Assembly (NCBI RefSeq): GCF_964355755.1
Contig: NC_092672.1
Coordinates: 23,635,237 to 23,699,236, forward strand
Origin: Antedon mediterranea
Lineage: Eukaryota; Animalia; Echinodermata
Length of the DNA: 64,000 nucleotides
Reading direction: 5' to 3'
Each line of letters opens with the position of its first letter. Position 1 is the first letter of the stretch. The notes under the pieces are model-generated. The model saw only the letters and a program-made list of their open reading frames with translations. It did no database searches and had not been told where the DNA came from. Shown here one piece after another: positions 53,201 through 59,200 of the stretch. The position numbers and the translations under genes are program-made.

Positions 53201-56200
53201 ATAGCTTTGTCTACATTTTTTTTTATGCCAAAGCTTCATTACAGTATTTAAGAGCCATTGTCTGTAATGTAAAAATCAAAGATTTGGTGGCAGATGTAAA
53301 AAAATGGATTTCTCTCAAATTTTTACCATGAATAGACATTTCAATAAAAAGCATATCTACAACAATCATTTTAATGTTTAGCCTCCGTTGCCATGACAAC
53401 GGTCAATTATCCAAATTTTGATGTTTTGCCATTTTTCACAGATTTTCTATAGTGAAAAAGTACAAACTTGTATACTTATTTTAACCAAAAATACTTACAG
53501 TATACAGTTTTAGTTTATAGCAGTGTAATCAACATGTATTGAATTCCATTTAATGTAGAAAAAAAATAAATTACAAAATGGAGTTTGGTTGATACCATTA
53601 TTTTAAAAAGGGGTGTTTTTAAAAAATATTTTTTTTTATAAAAGTATACCTCATAAACGTACATATAACTTCCAAAGTTGTGTTTTTAAAACAATGAGGT
53701 TTTTTAATGTGATAGTCAATAGGTTTGTCAACAATAATCACGAAAAAAAAACACTGGGGTAAATTTCGTACATAGGTTTTGTGTTGCCAGGAAAATACGA
53801 AAAATACAAAAAATATAACAAAAATCAACAAACAAAACACATGAAACACAATTTAAATATGGCTAATCCAATAATAAAATGTATATGTGGCTTGTCATAA
53901 TGCTACTAGAGTCATACAAATAGTTTAGATAAAATAGTAGAATGTGTTGCCAGGTTTATTTCAATTAATTGCAAGAAAAACAGTATTTTGCAATGAAATA
54001 TTTAGTTGATGGAAAATAATGTTAAACTTGGAAATAATTGCGTCAATGGTTTTTATAAATTTTTTAATCTATTTTGTGTAAAGAGATACAGAAAGACCTC
54101 CCAAAAAATCTGACCTTGTAAATAGGTCATTTGAGGTCAAAAGGGGTCAGAATGCAAAACAGGACAGGTCCCCACTTTACTACAACTATTAATGTTTGAT
54201 CAAAATTTACAAGATAGTTCAAAACAATTCTCAAAAATTTTCATATTTTACCTATAGTGTTACCTTAGCAACCATTTCTATGTGTAACTAAGGAAAGTAA
54301 TTTTTTTTTAAACGTAAAAATGGCGTTTTTATAAATACAAAGAATTGATTGCATTTGTAATTTTTCTCAATTTTACTTCTAGGCCTACTGCATTCCATTA
54401 ATGACAAACTTGACCTTGTAAATTCATTCATTTTGAGGTCAACATTTTACCATAGTAACTGTTTCTATGCGAAAATTTCAAAAAAATAAGGGGTTTTTCA
54501 TAAATACAAAACATTTTTTCTACATAGTTTTACATTTCTACTTTTTGCCAAATTTACTTTAAATACTGAATCCTAATAATCTCAGAAAGAAAGTCTTGAC
54601 GAATCTGAATAAAGGTAAAAAAATGACCTTTAGTGTTATCTTAAACTTGTTTACGTAACTAATGATATTAAAAAAAAAAAAAAAATTAAATATGAAGTTT
54701 TCATGAAAAAAAAAAAAATTACATATTGAGGTCAAATGACATTAACATTTTACCTATAATGTATTGTAGCAACTGTTTCTATACGTAACTAAGTACAATA
54801 TTTTTAATATGGGGTTTCATGACTACAAATTGATTACATAGCTTTACTACTTTTTCCCAAATTTACTTATCTACTGAATCCCAGAAATGTCTGACCTTGT
54901 GAAAGGGTCATTTGTTGGGTCAGTTATGTCAAAATGTATTATTTATGTTATCTTAGAACCTGTTTCTATGCATAACTAAGGATAATTGTTTTTTTAAATA
55001 CAGTTGAACCTCCCGTAAGTGGCCACCCTCGGGACCTGGAAAAGTAGCCGCTTATAATTGTAGGCCTATTATTATTTATAATCAGGTGGTTTAGTATTTT
55101 TTAGCATTTTCAGACAAATTTTAAAAACTTTTATCATATGAAAAATGGTCGGTCAAAATCTGTGTAGTTTTCTCATCTCTTCACAGTAATGTTTTTAAAA
55201 CCTCTTCAAAATAAAGCTAATATATAAAGAAATACAATAAACATGCACCTCTAATTCATAGGTCCATGCAATAAGTATCACATTTTTTGATTGGCCGCTT
55301 ACAAAAAATCTCATTTTTTGTATAAAAAGGTGCCCGCAGCTGCTTACGGTAAGCACCAAATGCACTAATTAGATAGGAAGAACAAACAGACTTTTCAAAG
55401 TGCGTCCGTTAAGGGAGGTGGCCGCTGTAAATAAAATATGGGGTTTTCATGAATAAAAATAATCACAGAAGAAAGTGCTTACGAATATGACCTTGTGAAA
55501 CGGTAATTTGAAAATGCAAATAAGGCATGCCTGCTAATAATCTACAAATTTAAATTTGTATAAGATAAATATGCAAAATCTAAAGAATATCTCAATTTTA
55601 GTTACCATAGTAACTGTTGCTATGCATAACTAAGGAAATTAAATAATTATTAATTAATAATTAATACTGAATCCAACCATCACAGTAAAAAAATATAGAA
55701 TTTAAAAACAATATTTAATAATAAAGTGTGATATTTTACATGCTGACCTTAACTGAAATGAAATTTCAAATCAGGGCTTCAATATTTGTTATGTAGCATT
55801 AACATACCTATTTATTTTTTTTTTTCCTGCGGATCTCTGCAACCAACTTTTAATTAATATAAACTGTTTTAAGCATAGCCTTAAGAAATATTTTAATAAT
55901 CTGTTTTAATCTGAACATATGTATATTTTAAAGATATTTTCTTAATTCCATCTTTTTAAATTAACAATTTTTTATAAAAACCCATTGCTGAATTTTATAG
56001 TTTTATCTCAATTTTAATAGAATCCACCATGTATTATTCATTTTATGTAAGTATTTCGATGTGGAGAGAGCCTCTCGACGGTTATTTTTATTTATAACTT
56101 TTAGGTTATCCGGCCTCATTGACTTTTTTTTTACTATTGTTTTTTTTTTGTACTGTTCTGTATATTGGCGAAATAAATGATATGATATGAGTATATCATT

Positions 56201-59200
56201 GACTTTTGATTGGTTCTATTTTGGGGAGGGGAAAGTGGTGGATCCAGGACTTTTAAATAGTTAGGGGTTGAAGGCGAGGGTCTAAAAACTTAACTTTATG
56301 TCCTATCTTTTGCATTGCAATTTTTAACTTGGGGTGGGTGGGGGCTTGGAGAAAGGGGGAGGGGATGGGATGGGATGGAGGAGTTTGAATCTGTCTATTC
56401 ATTGGGGCAATAGTAGCGGCAGTGTGGGTGGTGCTTGAATGCACTTGACACTCTATAGTGGATGATCGACCAAAGTGTTGCAGTTTATCTTTTTGTGGTT
56501 ATAGTCGGGGTGGGGGGGAGGGGTGGTAGTCGAAAGTGGTGGTGGATGGGCATGTGGGATCTGCTTAGGTTAGCAAATAAAAAAAGTAAACAAATAAAAG
56601 AGGAGCTTCAAAATAAGAGAGGAGTAATCTGACGATTTATGATCTGATAATTTATTCAAATTTCCAGAGGATATAACCTATAAAATGACATTAAAACTGG
56701 AGAATTACAGAATCTATATTTAAAAAATTTTTTTTTTCTCACAACACAACTAGAACTATATAAAACATTAAGAATTTTTCTGACCAATAAGTTTCAAATC
56801 AAATAATCAAAGAAAATAAAATGTTTTTACTAATATACCATGTTTTTTTTTTATAAAAATGCCTATGTTTCTCGCAACACTGCTTGTAGATTTTAAATTT
56901 ACCTCAGTATTTTATTTTAGAAATCAATTATTAAACATTACCTATTTGTAATAAATCAGCTAAAACAATACACAATTTGGGCGTTATGGTAGTAAGTAAA
57001 GTTTAGTTGCATTGAACAATTTAAACAAAGTGAAAAACACACCTTTTTAAATAAATGGTATCTCCCAAAGTATGAAAAAAAAATAAAAAAATTTGAAACA
57101 GGTACACAATACATTGTTATTATGCATACACTAATTATTTTTTATAATTAAATGAAAAAAACAAAAATATCGTTCATCAAAGTAGTACCAATATCCATTT
57201 CTAAAAACCTTAAAAAAGGACAAAATTTGTCAAAAACACAAATTTGGCCGTTGCCATGGAAATATACGTGTGAAATAAAAAATACTTCATAGTTGATTTC
57301 TCTCAATACATATAATAGCCATGTGCAAAATTTGAAAGAAATCCATTTTTTTGAGTCTGCCACCCTTTTTGATATTTCTTTGATTCTTACAGACAATGGC
57401 TCTTAAGAACCATTTGAGGGCACTTCCTAGATACAGGATACAAAAAGCAAGCATACCCTCTAATGAAATAAATTTTATTTGTTCTCATAAAAATTCTCTT
57501 CTTTCTCTTAACATTCATTCACTACTGGTTCATGGTCACAAAAGTACATTTTGATTGTTTTGTTATTTTAGACACCCCAGTACCTTGAAGCCTTTAGAAA
57601 CCTTGACAAAGGCATACTGGATGAGAAGTTGTTAAAGAAATTGTGGGAGAAGAAGGGTATTGATAGTAAGAAATTCCAATACCTTGTAGACCTGATGATT
57701 CGATTTGGTTTCATTTGTGAGAGAACAACCTCCACCAGCCAAGCCAACACAGCAAGTACATCTACAGTAAGATTTTTTCTCAACTTTTTTGCACACATTT
57801 ATTTTCCGGCCAATATTTTATATGTTTTTTTAAGAACAACCATGTTGTTGACATACCCTGACTTCTGAGAGGTAGTTTAAATGGGATATAAAGGAATTTT
57901 TGTAATTGATGAAAGCTGCTTACGTTTTGCCCAATAACGCAGTTAGGCCGTCTCAGTCTTGAACCTTCCTTGCTACTGGCCTGATTTTAACAAGACTTAG
58001 TATTAAAGATGTTAGATACATTGCTTTAAGCACTGTTATTTTACTGTACTTGATTAAAGTTTGATCAAGGCAGATTAGATTTTATTGCATTTTTACACAT
58101 TTTAACATTAATTATTTCAGAAATCAGTTGTCACGAGATCATTTTTTGTACCACTACGACTTGCTTTTGAGACATCACCATCCAGTGAAGTGAAGTCTGT
58201 GCATGATGGGCACTATTCTATCAGCATCTATTACGACCTTTGTGGACATCTGCCTGACATACTGTTTCCATATTTAGTGATTGATTTCATTAATGAATAT
58301 CAGAAGGAGACAGAAGATGAACCACAACTATCTCATAATCATGCTGAGCTCTACATAGACCAATGTCATAATGTGATTCTGTCTCTTGTTCAATTGATAA
58401 CTAAAGAAGATGAACGAAAGTTCATGTTAAAGGTGACATTAAATCTTAAATTTAAACTACCAATAGTTTAATGTTATGATTTGGTGCTATTAATATGTTA
58501 TATACAAGTGTGCGACAATAATGCATGCAATAGCTTTCAAATCCTAAAAATAATATGCTACAACAGATCAAGTGAAGCATATTAAAACTAGAATGGCACT
58601 CCGAGAGTGCATACCTCCGCCTACTGTAAAATTCTTAATGCTGCGTGTGATTGGGCTAATTTCACTACAACAATTTGTATGCAAGTTTGGTGTAAATGTT
58701 ATTTAACCAGCCTTTCAACTGACAATAGTTTCAGTTGACTATCAATAGAACAGCAACGACAAAAACAAGAAATTGAAATTCCAGTTTATTTGTTACTTTG
58801 AGACTGCTCGCCAGCTTTTGAAAATGCTCTCCAATCTTTTAAAACTAGCAGGTTTGAAAATAATAATAAAAAGTCCAGAATTGACATCCTGAGATCCATA
58901 AGATTTATTACACACATAATACACAAATATACTTATGTACTTTAAAATGTTTGTCTTTAGGCAACAATTAAAGGCAGAATGGCAATTGCAGAAACAGCTA
59001 CCACAGAATGTGAACCTTCTCCTGAAGCATGTAAACAGGTATGTTATGATTTCTTTTAAAACATGCACCATTGGTGGCGACATTCAATATTTTTATTCAT
59101 CGATAAGTCCAGAAAATACGAATACACCGCACAATGAATACGTAGTACCGGGACGATTCGGCCAGGAGACGATTCGTGTACATACATCATTTCTGCCAGG

